A stretch of 32,000 nucleotides of DNA from Desulfotalea psychrophila LSv54 (GTDB lineage: Bacteria > Desulfobacterota > Desulfobulbia > Desulfobulbales > Desulfocapsaceae). Position 1 is the stretch's first letter. The number at the start of each line of letters is the position of its first letter. Below the pieces are notes generated by a model. It did not search any database. It was not told the DNA's origin and was given only the letters and a program-made list of their open reading frames with translations. The stretch spans positions 1,890,001-1,922,000 of the forward strand of contig NC_006138.1 of the NCBI RefSeq assembly GCF_000025945.1, given 5' to 3'. Position numbers and translations under genes: made by a program. Shown here one piece after another: positions 1 to 8,605 of this stretch.

Positions 1-549
1 TCCAATTCTTCAACGTTTTGCAAGTCGTAGAGGCTACGCAGGAGTTGGCTACCGTCCTTTACCAGACGAGCCTTCTTTTCCTCTGCAACCTGCTGCATAC
101 GAAGCTGTGCAATCTGTTCAGCGTTGTTGATTCGAACTCTACCCTCTTTGTATTTAAAGAAGAGCTTGTCGGTAAAAATACAACGTAGAAAGGAGCAAAT
201 GAGGTCGTCATCGACCTCTTTGCCAAAGGCAAGTTCTGCCAGAAAGGCAGGTGAAAATACGGAGGTGGGCTCGTCGGTGGTAAGCTCCCAGAGCTCTTCA
301 AGGTTGACCTCTTCCATCAGCTCTGCTCGTTTAGCTGTTGTTTCAAGCAGCTTTTGCGAGATCTCTGCCCGGCCGATGCCTACGTCATATGAGCTGGTAG
401 AACAGTGGATTACCCTGGATACCGGGAGGTTGAATTCGCAGGCCTGTTTGGGAGAGGAGGCGCAATCGTTTTGGTTGGCTTTCGGTTACAAGGGCGCAGA
501 CAAACTTGCCGTTATCAATGTACTCTACAATCTTTCCGGTATTGATCAT
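1..549 (-). CDS. N-terminal part of an RNase II/RNase R-like (RNB superfamily) protein, apparently frameshifted and continuing beyond the left edge
   Basis: Minus-strand translation from ATG at 549: MINTGKIVEYIDNGKFVCALVTESQPKRLRLLSQTG..., then in the next frame ...EFNLPVSRVIHCSTSSYDVGIGRAEISQKLLETTAKRAELMEEVNLEELWELTTDEPTSVFSPAFLAELAFGKEVDDDLICSFLRCIFTDKLFFKYKEGRVRINNAEQIAQLRMQQVAEEKKARLVKDGSQLL. Resembles the N-terminal region of deltaproteobacterial RNase II-like proteins. Frame changes around 435-445. Not in the supplied ORF track. Confidence 0.65.
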
Positions 550-739
550 TATGGGAAGTTACTCTTCTTTGTTGGACTTTTCCTGGAAGAAAAAGGCAAA
601 TTACATGTACGCTTTCTTGGCCGTGGATAGTATACTTCTAATATGTAGAACTTTCCAGAGCATGAAGGCTGCTTGTTTATTGTATATTCAGCCTATTATA
701 GTGCGAAAATAGAAAATCATCACTTTATAAATTTTTTTT

Positions 740-1681
740 ATGCAAAATAATGAATACAAAACCCTAGATGACTTTCTAGGAAAAGATGTAAAGTCGGGAA
801 TGGTCGCTATTGTAGGGCCCCCTAATGCCGGTAAATCCACCTTGATGAATCAACTGTTAGGACAGAAGATTTCCATCGTTACCTCTAAACCACAAACCAC
901 TAGAAATAGAATTCTTGGTATTGTTAACGACGATGCCTATCAAATTGTTCTCCTGGATACTCCCGGCCTGCACAAGGCTGATGAACCGCTGAATATTGAA
1001 ATGATGCGGGTAGCTCTTGAGAGTCTGAGCGAAGTTGATGCGGTACTTTTTTTGGTGGATGTCTCTCTACCCCTCCCTCCTAAGGCGCTGGCCAAACAAC
1101 GGGAAGAGTTAGCGGGCTATATGGAAAAAATAGAGAGTCCTGCCATACTTGTGCTTAACAAGGTTGACCTGATTGATAAGCAGAAGCTGTTGCCGATGAT
1201 AGAGAGTTATGCAAAACTCTTTCCTTTTAAGGCGGTTGTGCCTATTTCTGCCTTGAATGGAGATGGGGCGGATAATCTCCTCAAGGAGATTCTCGAGCTT
1301 ATTCCGGTGGGGCCACGTTATTTTCCTGAAGATATCCCCACCGATGCAACGGAGAGATTTTTGGCGGCCGAAATTGTCCGGGAAAAGGTTTTTCTGCTGA
1401 CGGGTCAGGAGCTTCCCTATTCCGCTGCGACACTGGTGGAGTCCTTTAAGGAAGATGAGCAGAAAAAGCTTATTACTATCCATGCCACCATCGTTGTTGA
1501 GCGTCCATCACAAAAGGGGATGATCATTGGCAAGGGTGGACAGAAGTTGAAACAGATAGGCACGGCGGCAAGAAAAGACATCGAGGCCTTGCTTGGATCC
1601 AAAGTACTGCTTAAGCTATGGGTCAAGGTAAAGAAAAAGTGGGCTGAAGATGAAAATTTTTTGAAAGAGCTTGGCTTTTAG
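740..1681 (+). CDS. era: GTPase Era
   Basis: P-loop GPPNAGKSTLMNQLLGQKISIVTSKPQTTRNRILGI, DTPGLH, NKVD, and C-terminal KH domain GMIIGKGGQKLKQIGTAARKDIEALLGSKVLLKLWVKVKKKW. Start may be 740 or slightly downstream. Confidence 0.97.
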   Translation: MQNNEYKTLDDFLGKDVKSGMVAIVGPPNAGKSTLMNQLLGQKISIVTSKPQTTRNRILGIVNDDAYQIVLLDTPGLHKADEPLNIEMMRVALESLSEVDAVLFLVDVSLPLPPKALAKQREELAGYMEKIESPAILVLNKVDLIDKQKLLPMIESYAKLFPFKAVVPISALNGDGADNLLKEILELIPVGPRYFPEDIPTDATERFLAAEIVREKVFLLTGQELPYSAATLVESFKEDEQKKLITIHATIVVERPSQKGMIIGKGGQKLKQIGTAARKDIEALLGSKVLLKLWVKVKKKWAEDENFLKELGF

Positions 1682-2115
1682 CGCTAGTTTGTCTCAGGTA
1701 ATTCTGTGATTTTTTGTAAATTCTCCTGTTTTCCTTTTCAGCGGTAGCAGGAGAGTTCTTTTTTCTCAGTATGCAAGGTCTTTGCCTGCTGTTCAGGAAG
1801 AGGTTATTTTTGCTTGTGTCCGCCCTCTAGCTCCCCGTTTTTCAGTTTTTTTCTGTGCTAGTTTTGCTTTTTTGACGGAAGTCCTTGCTTTTCTCTTTCT
1901 ATTGGGATAGAGGATACCCCGCTTATTCTTTTCGGTCATGTCTTGTGAGTTGTGCCTACAAGTTTTGAGATAGTTGTTATCTTTTGTTACTTCCTTCCTC
2001 GCAAGAACGAGCACGCATGGAGGTACTTGGTGTTTTTGTATGTACTTCCCCCAGAGATAAAAGAGAGACGAGTACCGTCTTTCTAAATCGTGCAATTGGT
2101 TCCGATTGATTTTTA

Positions 2116-2175
2116 CATGAACTTTTCATGCCGTAAGGCTTAAGGGTTCATGATATCCGGCATTGTGAAAATGCC
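2116..2175 (+). promoter_or_regulatory. Structured leader candidate upstream of the DEAD-box helicase gene
   Basis: Outer inverted repeat CATGAAC (2116-2122)/GTTCATG (2146-2152) enclosing GCC-GTAA-GGC (2130-2139), followed by GGCATT-gtgaa-AATGCC (2159-2175), 22 nt before the ATG at 2197. Confidence 0.35.
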
Positions 2176-2196
2176 TAGCCCTATAGAGGTAATTGA

Positions 2197-4095
2197 ATGA
2201 CAACAGTTTCAACAGATGTAACAGGTTCAACAGACACAGCAAGTTCAATAGATGCAGCAGTTCCATCAGCTCCAGTAGCTCCAGCAGCTCCAGTAGCTCC
2301 AGCAGCTCCAGTAGCTCCAGTAGCTCCAGTAGCTCCAGTAGCTCCAGTAGCTCCAGCAGTTTCTTTTACTGATTTTAATTTAAAATCAGACCTTGTAGCA
2401 AATCTTGTAAAACTTGGCTTTAGCCAACCTACACCTATCCAAGAGAAGGCCATTCCTCTCCTTCTAGCAGGTTCTGATCTGATAGGTCAGGCTCAAACCG
2501 GAACAGGTAAGACCGCAGCTTTTGGTTTACCACTTCTAAATAATATTGATTTTTCTAAAAAATGTGTGCAGGCCCTTGTTCTTGCTCCAACCCGTGAGCT
2601 TGCCCAGCAAGTAGGTGATGCTCTTGCCACTTATAGTGGTGACGATGGTCGCAATGTTCTGGTTGTGTATGGTGGTTCGTCTTATCAAGCTCAGGTAGGT
2701 GGACTTCGCAGGGGTGCGCGTGTTGTTGTTGGTACTCCTGGACGATTGCTTGACTTAATCCGTCAGGGATCTCTGAAGCTTGATCAGCTGAAGACCCTTG
2801 TTCTTGATGAAGCGGATGAGATGCTCAGTATGGGCTTTATTGATGATATTGAAACAATTTTGTCACAAACACCGAAAGATCGTCAAACAATGCTTTTTTC
2901 TGCGACCCTTTCTTCTCGTGTAATGAGTATTGCCAATCGTTATCTTCATTCGCCTGAGTCTATCTCTATCAGTCCGAAGCAGATGATCGGCTCTTCCATT
3001 GAGCAACGTTACTATCTTATTAATAATAGTGATAAAATTGCTGCAATAACAAGAGTATTTGAAGTAGAGACTGTTGAAAGCGCCCTCATCTTTGCCAGAA
3101 CTCGTGCAACGGTTAGTGAGCTTGCAAACGAGCTTATTTCCCGTGGATTTGCTGCAGAAGGTCTTAGTGGCGATTTGAGCCAAGAGGCTAGAACACGAGT
3201 TTTGAGTCGTTTTAAGAAGGGTCAGATCAAGGTACTTGTGGCAACAGATGTTGCGGCTCGTGGTCTTGATATTGACGATATTTCTCATGTTTTCAATTAT
3301 GATCTGCCAGAAGATCCTGAGGTTTATGTTCATCGTATTGGTCGTACCGGTCGTGCTGGTCGTAGTGGAACCGCTATCTCACTGGTAACTCTTCGTGATC
3401 GTTGGATGCATCGCCGTATAGAGCAATATACTGGTAAAAAATTGATCAAGGGCGAGCTTCCCACCGTTGAGCAGATTGAAGAGCATCGCAACACTCAATT
3501 TTTAGAGCGTCTTGATGTATGGATCCGTCGTGGTCGTTGTCGTGGTGAGAGAGAGATTGTAGAGGCTCTTGTTGAGCAGGGAATGGATCCTCTTGATGTT
3601 GCTGCTGCTGCCTTGAAAATTGTTCGTAAGGATGAGACCAAGCGTCCAATTGATCCGATCAAACCTGTTATTGAAGATGCAGGCGGAAGAAATCGCAAGC
3701 GCGGTGACAGAAATGATCGTGGTGCTAATGGTCGAGGTGATAGAGGCGGTCGATCTGATAGCCGTGGTGGACGTCCACAGGGCCGTCGCGATGATCGTTT
3801 TGCTAAGGGTGGTGATAGAGGCCCAAAGAAAAAAGGCGATGATGTCCGACAGGTTAGCGACAAAGATATGGTGCCTCTTACCCTTGATGCTGGTAAAAAA
3901 GACGGTGTTGCGGTAAATCATATTGTGGCCTCCTTGTCTCATTTTGCAGGAATTTCTTCTCGGGAACTTGGAAAAATTCGTATTAATGAAACCCATAGTA
4001 GTATCGACGTGCCAAAGGGTTTGGTTGATAAAATGCTCTCCCATAACGGTAGCTACCGCATCTCCAAAAAAGCGGTAAATCTTACCCACCAATAG
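2197..4095 (+). CDS. deaD: DEAD-box ATP-dependent RNA helicase, CsdA/DeaD-like, with DbpA-type C-terminal RNA-binding domain
   Basis: AQTGTGKTAAFGLP, PTRELAQQV, DEADEMLSMGF, SATLS, ARTRATVSEL, DVAARGLDIDDISHVFNYDLPEDPEVYVHRIGRTGRAGRSG, RGG/RGD-rich linker, and C-terminal SHFAGISSRELGKIRI. Confidence 0.97.
   Translation: MTTVSTDVTGSTDTASSIDAAVPSAPVAPAAPVAPAAPVAPVAPVAPVAPVAPAVSFTDFNLKSDLVANLVKLGFSQPTPIQEKAIPLLLAGSDLIGQAQTGTGKTAAFGLPLLNNIDFSKKCVQALVLAPTRELAQQVGDALATYSGDDGRNVLVVYGGSSYQAQVGGLRRGARVVVGTPGRLLDLIRQGSLKLDQLKTLVLDEADEMLSMGFIDDIETILSQTPKDRQTMLFSATLSSRVMSIANRYLHSPESISISPKQMIGSSIEQRYYLINNSDKIAAITRVFEVETVESALIFARTRATVSELANELISRGFAAEGLSGDLSQEARTRVLSRFKKGQIKVLVATDVAARGLDIDDISHVFNYDLPEDPEVYVHRIGRTGRAGRSGTAISLVTLRDRWMHRRIEQYTGKKLIKGELPTVEQIEEHRNTQFLERLDVWIRRGRCRGEREIVEALVEQGMDPLDVAAAALKIVRKDETKRPIDPIKPVIEDAGGRNRKRGDRNDRGANGRGDRGGRSDSRGGRPQGRRDDRFAKGGDRGPKKKGDDVRQVSDKDMVPLTLDAGKKDGVAVNHIVASLSHFAGISSRELGKIRINETHSSIDVPKGLVDKMLSHNGSYRISKKAVNLTHQ
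2269..2358 (+). repeat. In-frame minisatellite of 10 x 9 bp (GCTCCAGTA/GCTCCAGCA)
   Basis: Ten contiguous 9-mers read directly; encodes APV/APA repeats at the N-terminus of the helicase. Confidence 0.97.
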
Positions 4096-4102
4096 TCAGT
4101 TT

Positions 4103-4133
4103 TACCGAGGTCACCTCTTGGGTGGCCTCGGTA
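4103..4133 (+). terminator. Hairpin downstream of the helicase gene, possible terminator without a clean U-tract
   Basis: TACCGAGGTCACC-TCTTG-GGTGGCCTCGGTA, 13-bp stem including one G-U wobble, followed by TCCTCTCTCTCTCC. Confidence 0.5.
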
Positions 4134-4408
4134 TCCTCTCTCTCTCCTCCGCTTTTTTCTGGATCCCTTCCGGTTCTATTTGCTTTTCTTTTTTTGTAAA
4201 ATTTATTATTTAGTTTAAGTATCTTGTTTGAGGATCTCCGCTTTTTTAATATAGTAATGTCTATTATTGCGTGACTGTACGGCCTTTCTTCTTTTTTTTA
4301 CGCCTGTTAGCTCACATGGCTTTACCTTGTGTTTGTTGATTGATATTATTGGCTTATTGAAAAAAACAGCTATATAATCTATTTTCCATCATATAAAGAG
4401 TAATTGTT

Positions 4409-5809
4409 ATGCCGAAAAATAACTTGCTACGTACCCTGCCTAAGGTTGACGAAAGTATCGCGCAGCTGCGTTCTACTGGTGTTGCCTATTCTTCCGATTT
4501 TGTCTTGAAAAAATCTGTCCAGACCTGCATTGCTCGTGAACGTCAGGGGATTCTTGCTGGGAAAATAACAGAGAAAAGGGCAGAGGACTCCTGGCATGCC
4601 TGCTTTCTAAAAGAACTCAAGGAGAGGCAGGCCCCTAATCTGCGACGGATGATCAACGGTACGGGGGTTGTTATTCATACAAATCTTGGCCGCTCTCTTT
4701 TATCCTCCCAGGTAGCAGAACGTCTCGCTCAGACGGCAAGCTATTACTCTAACCTGGAATTTGATTTGGCAACGGGTAAAAGAGGGAGTCGTTATAGTCT
4801 GGTCGAAGATACTATCTGTGAGTTAACCGGTGCCGAGGCGGCTCTTGTTGTTAATAATAATGCCGCCGCAGTTTTCCTTGCCCTCGATGCCCTTTGTCGT
4901 GGTACAGAGGTTATTGTCTCTCGGGGGCAACTTGTGGAAATTGGTGGATCTTTTCGGATACCAGATGTGATGGCAAGAAGCGGTGCAGATCTGGTAGAGG
5001 TCGGTGCCACCAACCGAACTCATCTCTATGATTATGAAGATGCTATCAGCGAGCAGACCTCTATGCTGCTTCGGGTGCATACCTCAAATTTTCGGATAAT
5101 AGGCTTTACCTCTGAGGTGCCTGCTGAAGAGATGGTGGGGCTTGCTCGAAAAAAAAACCTACTGACCATGGAAGATCTTGGCAGTGGCTCCCTCATTGAC
5201 CTCACCTCCTATGGTTTTCCTAAGGAGCCTACTGTGCAGGAACTGGTTAAGGCCGGTGTTGATGTGGTGACCTTTAGCGGTGATAAGCTACTCGGCGGTC
5301 CCCAGGCTGGTATCATTGTTGGCAGTAAGTCGGTCGTTGAACGCATCAAGAAAAGCCCAATGAACCGGGCCTTTCGGGTGGATAAGTTCACCCTTGCCGC
5401 CCTGGAGGTGGTGCTCCGTTCCTACTACGATAGCCGGCAGGCTTTGCAGGAGATACCAACCCTCCGTATGCTGACGACGGGCAAGGATGTCCTCTTAAAG
5501 AGGGCACGGCGTATTTCTCGCAGGCTCTCAGCAAAACTTAAAGAAAAATGTACGCTTCGAATTGTGCCAACCATGTCCCGGGTCGGAGGAGGGGCCTTTC
5601 CCGAGCATGATCTTGCCAGCTGGGCGGTGGCGTTTAGACCGGAGCATATCAGGTTAAGCGAGATTGAAAAGAGGCTGCGAAAGCTCAATACCCCTATTAT
5701 TGGTCGCTTGGAAAATGAAAAGTTTCTTCTGGATGTGCGAACCATCCAGGATGATGAAGTGGGACTGCTCTGTTCCCTTTTGTTAGAGTTCTTTTTGGAG
5801 GCTAGCTAG
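4409..5809 (+). CDS. selA: L-seryl-tRNA(Sec) selenium transferase
   Basis: RRMINGTGVVIHTNLGRSLLSSQVAE, NNNAAAVFLAL, SRGQLVEIGGSFRIPDVMARSGADLVEVGATNRTHLYDYEDAI, FSGDKLLGGPQAGIIVG. Confidence 0.97.
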   Translation: MPKNNLLRTLPKVDESIAQLRSTGVAYSSDFVLKKSVQTCIARERQGILAGKITEKRAEDSWHACFLKELKERQAPNLRRMINGTGVVIHTNLGRSLLSSQVAERLAQTASYYSNLEFDLATGKRGSRYSLVEDTICELTGAEAALVVNNNAAAVFLALDALCRGTEVIVSRGQLVEIGGSFRIPDVMARSGADLVEVGATNRTHLYDYEDAISEQTSMLLRVHTSNFRIIGFTSEVPAEEMVGLARKKNLLTMEDLGSGSLIDLTSYGFPKEPTVQELVKAGVDVVTFSGDKLLGGPQAGIIVGSKSVVERIKKSPMNRAFRVDKFTLAALEVVLRSYYDSRQALQEIPTLRMLTTGKDVLLKRARRISRRLSAKLKEKCTLRIVPTMSRVGGGAFPEHDLASWAVAFRPEHIRLSEIEKRLRKLNTPIIGRLENEKFLLDVRTIQDDEVGLLCSLLLEFFLEAS

Positions 5810-7825
5810 ATGCTGATCCCTTTTCCTTTACAATTGGAGGATAAAACGCTGACTGCTGAAGATTTCAGGAGATTTTCCACCTATTTCAGAGAGATAATTT
5901 TAGAACTTGTACCAACCAGTGTAGAGGTATCCTTTGCCGATGCCACCGAGAGATCTGGCCATCCTCAACAAACAGACGAATCCAGGCGTTTAGATTTCGC
6001 CTATTTTGCGGATGAGTGTCTGCTTCTCTCCTTTATGTTGGCTAGTGAAGAGGTTGTCTTAGCTGTTGTCGAGGGTATTGATCCCTTTGTGGCAGAGAGG
6101 TGTACAGAGGATTGGCTAGAGAGGATCCATCATCTTATTCAGAAAAAATTTCTTGAGGAAAAAGAGAGACGGGTGGACCTGCAAACGGGCCTTTTGAATT
6201 TGTCATCACTTGAATTTTTAGTCGAAGAGCCAAGGTTTCGGCAAAATGGTGGGCTGCTCTTTATAGAAATCCCCCCCCCGCGTTCAAGGAGTCGATACGG
6301 CTATATTCATGTGCAAAAGGCAAGCCGGCTATTGCAGTCTTTCGTTAAAGATATAGGGCTATTGCATTATATGGGGCATAGCCTTTTTGCCCTGTTGGTA
6401 GACGTCGATCCTCTGGCCTATACAGCACAACTGCTGGGATATTTGAGAAGAGAGGGGTGTCGCCGTGTCCATATCGGGGTTGGCTCTACGCAGGCCCAAG
6501 AGAACTTTGGCGTCAGCGGGCGATTGTTGCTTGATCAGGCCTGGACGGCTCTACAAGAGGCCTATAGCCGGGGACCATATAGCTTTTGTGATTATACAAC
6601 CCTGGCCTATCCTCATCGACATCCACTGGCCGAGCCTGAGGCAGCTGTCCGGAAAAGGATTCAGCGGGCAGAGCGTAATTTGGAGAAATTTTGTCTTGTC
6701 CTTTTTAAGAAGGATCAGGTCTGCCGTCGGAGCCTGGAGGATCTTTTTCTCGGCCCTGAGGATATGGAAATTTTTGTCTGGCAGGAAGAGTTTTATGTGC
6801 TCCTGCCAAATTTCACGGCAGAGCGGGCTCAACTCTGGGCCAGTGATATGGTGGTTCGACTCTCTGCCCGGAAAACTGCTGTATCAGCTGGAGTTGGGCA
6901 TTTTCCTTATCAAGATTTTTCTGCAAAAGAGACCCTGGGCCATGCCAAAAAGGCCCTGCTTCATGCCCTCTTTTATGGCAAAAAAACAGTTACTCTCTTT
7001 GGTGCTGTCAGTCTTAATGTCAGCGGTGATATCTACTATGCTGAAGGTGACCTTGTTCGGGCGGTTCGGGAGTATAAGGCCGGTTTGGTCTGTGATTCCA
7101 GTAATGTAAATTTGCTTAACAGTTTGGGTGTTACCTATGCCATGATGGGCAATCGCTTAGCTCTCTCCTGTTTTCAAGAGGTTCTGCAACTGGAACCGCG
7201 AAATTTTATGGCTCTTTACAATAGTGGATTATATTACCGGGCTACTCATGATTTTAAAATGGCTATTGACTGCTTTGAACAGGCGATTCATCTCCTGCAG
7301 GAGTCGGGTGGTGAAGAGAAGATGCTCAGGGATATTTCTCTGCAACTTGGTATGTTGTGTAGTGAGGAGGGGGACGGCAAACGGGCCCTGGAACTGTTGC
7401 TGCCTCTTGCTCAGGGAGAAAATGATTATTTGTTGGATGATATTTTGTACTATATTGGAAAATCTTATAATGATATAGGAGAATCTAAAAAGGCCATTGC
7501 CTGGCTACAACGAGCTGTTCATGCGCACTGCTTAGAAGATAAGACTATGAGTCTGCTTGGTTATCTCTATTTTTGTGAGGGGGAAGGCAATGAAGTTGCT
7601 CTCTCTCTTTGTCGCAGGAGTGTTGAAAAAAATCCCGTTGATCCGCTATTGAAGCTTCGTTTGGCGGAGGTGCAATTTGCCTGTGGTGAGGTGGAAGAGG
7701 CCCTCTGTCTTGCTCGAAAATGTTTGTCTGGAAAAAAAGTCCAGCGAGAGGCCAGAAAAACATTGGCAAAGATGTATACTGATTTAAAGGAGTATGCAAA
7801 GGCTCGTCGTCTGCTGCCAGAGTAG
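5810..7825 (+). CDS. TPR-repeat protein with two degenerate GGDEF/nucleotidyl-cyclase-like regions
   Basis: ATG immediately follows the selA stop (TAG|ATG). DLQTGLLNLSSLEFL..., MGHSLFALLVDVDP..., then NLEKFCLVLFKK...WQEEFYVLLPNFTAERAQ...VSAGVGHFPYQDFSAKETLGHAKKALLHALFYGKKTV, then several TPR-like repeats (VNLLNSLGVTYAMMGN..., FMALYNSGLYYRATHDFKMAIDCFEQAIHLL). Confidence 0.8.
   Translation: MLIPFPLQLEDKTLTAEDFRRFSTYFREIILELVPTSVEVSFADATERSGHPQQTDESRRLDFAYFADECLLLSFMLASEEVVLAVVEGIDPFVAERCTEDWLERIHHLIQKKFLEEKERRVDLQTGLLNLSSLEFLVEEPRFRQNGGLLFIEIPPPRSRSRYGYIHVQKASRLLQSFVKDIGLLHYMGHSLFALLVDVDPLAYTAQLLGYLRREGCRRVHIGVGSTQAQENFGVSGRLLLDQAWTALQEAYSRGPYSFCDYTTLAYPHRHPLAEPEAAVRKRIQRAERNLEKFCLVLFKKDQVCRRSLEDLFLGPEDMEIFVWQEEFYVLLPNFTAERAQLWASDMVVRLSARKTAVSAGVGHFPYQDFSAKETLGHAKKALLHALFYGKKTVTLFGAVSLNVSGDIYYAEGDLVRAVREYKAGLVCDSSNVNLLNSLGVTYAMMGNRLALSCFQEVLQLEPRNFMALYNSGLYYRATHDFKMAIDCFEQAIHLLQESGGEEKMLRDISLQLGMLCSEEGDGKRALELLLPLAQGENDYLLDDILYYIGKSYNDIGESKKAIAWLQRAVHAHCLEDKTMSLLGYLYFCEGEGNEVALSLCRRSVEKNPVDPLLKLRLAEVQFACGEVEEALCLARKCLSGKKVQREARKTLAKMYTDLKEYAKARRLLPE
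6271..6279 (+). repeat. C9 homopolymer inside a coding region
   Basis: Direct reading: gaaatCCCCCCCCCgcgttc (ATC CCC CCC CCG). Confidence 0.95.
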
Positions 7826-7910
7826 TAGATCCATGGATATTGCTATTTTCATCTTAGAAGGGAGGATGTATGGAAAAGAAGGTGCCTAAGCCAAAAAGTC
7901 TCGATATTGT

Positions 7911-8549
7911 TTGGAGAACAATAAGCAGGGAGATTCCTGGAGAATGTTTCGCATTATGGGGGAATTTGCCGAGGGCTTTGAATCAATGGGTGCAATTGAT
8001 GCCCCTGCGATAACAATTTTTGGTTCTGCCCGTACCTCCCCTGCTGACAAACACTATAAGGATGCTGTTATCTTGGCAGAAAAAGTGGCCGATGCAGGAT
8101 GGGCTGTTATTACAGGTGGCGGTCCCGGCATTATGGAGGCCGCTAATAAGGGGGCCTATGAGGCTGGTGGGCTTTCAGCGGGATTGAATGTTGATCTTCC
8201 CCATGAGCAGGAGAGTAACCCCTATTTGAATTACGCCCTTCATTTTAAGTATTTTTTTGTTCGTAAGGTGATGCTTGTTAAGTATTCTCGTGGCTTTATC
8301 TGTATGCCGGGGGGCTTTGGCTCAATGGATGAACTGTTTGAGGCCCTCACCCTTGTGCAGACAAATCGTATAGCCCCTTTTCCTATTGTTCTCTATGGCA
8401 GTGCTTTCTGGGGAGGTCTGGTTGAGTGGATGCGGGACGCCATGCTTTCCCATGGCAATATTGATGCGGCAGATTTGGATGCCTTTGTTGTGCTTGATGA
8501 CCCCGATGAGGTGATTACCTATTTGAAAAAAAATATGCTACCAATTTAA
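7911..8549 (+). CDS. LOG-family/TIGR00730-like Rossmann-fold nucleotide-binding protein (start uncertain)
   Basis: ITIFGSARTSPADKHY, VITGGGPGIMEAANKGAYEAGG, GFICMPGGFGSMDELFEALTLVQT. The 7911 start is TTG; ATG at 7944 is also possible. Confidence 0.88.
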   Translation: MENNKQGDSWRMFRIMGEFAEGFESMGAIDAPAITIFGSARTSPADKHYKDAVILAEKVADAGWAVITGGGPGIMEAANKGAYEAGGLSAGLNVDLPHEQESNPYLNYALHFKYFFVRKVMLVKYSRGFICMPGGFGSMDELFEALTLVQTNRIAPFPIVLYGSAFWGGLVEWMRDAMLSHGNIDAADLDAFVVLDDPDEVITYLKKNMLPI

Positions 8550-8605
8550 TATTCTGGCATTTGTTGAAAAATTTATGTGCGATTTTGTAAGGAATAAGAG
8601 AGGCT

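Noticed and set aside
385-387. In-frame TGA in the RNase II/R-like gene considered as a selenocysteine codon because selA is nearby
   Set aside because: The sequence homologous to the family continues in a different frame before this TGA, so a frameshift explains the data better; RNB-family proteins are not known selenoproteins.
124-630. Plus-strand 168-aa ORF and the minus 59..301 ORF at the left edge
   Set aside because: Both overlap the RNase II/R-like minus-strand coding sequence in other frames and show no plausible domain.
1793-2095. Minus-strand 100-aa lysine/arginine-rich ORF between era and the helicase gene
   Set aside because: TTG start without an evident Shine-Dalgarno, T-rich plus strand making AAA/AAG codons by composition, no recognised family. 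A small basic protein cannot be excluded without homology or expression data.
2181-2453. Minus-strand ORF with a collagen-like GATGATGATG repeat
   Set aside because: It is the antisense reading of the GCTCCAGTA/GCA minisatellite within the well-supported helicase ORF; the collagen-like repeat is an artefact.
6465-7109. 214-aa alternative-frame ORF inside the GGDEF-like/TPR gene (also 6551..6832 and 7224..7478)
   Set aside because: Shadow frames of a much longer, better-supported CDS; no recognisable protein features. They might matter only if the upstream C9 tract shifted the frame.
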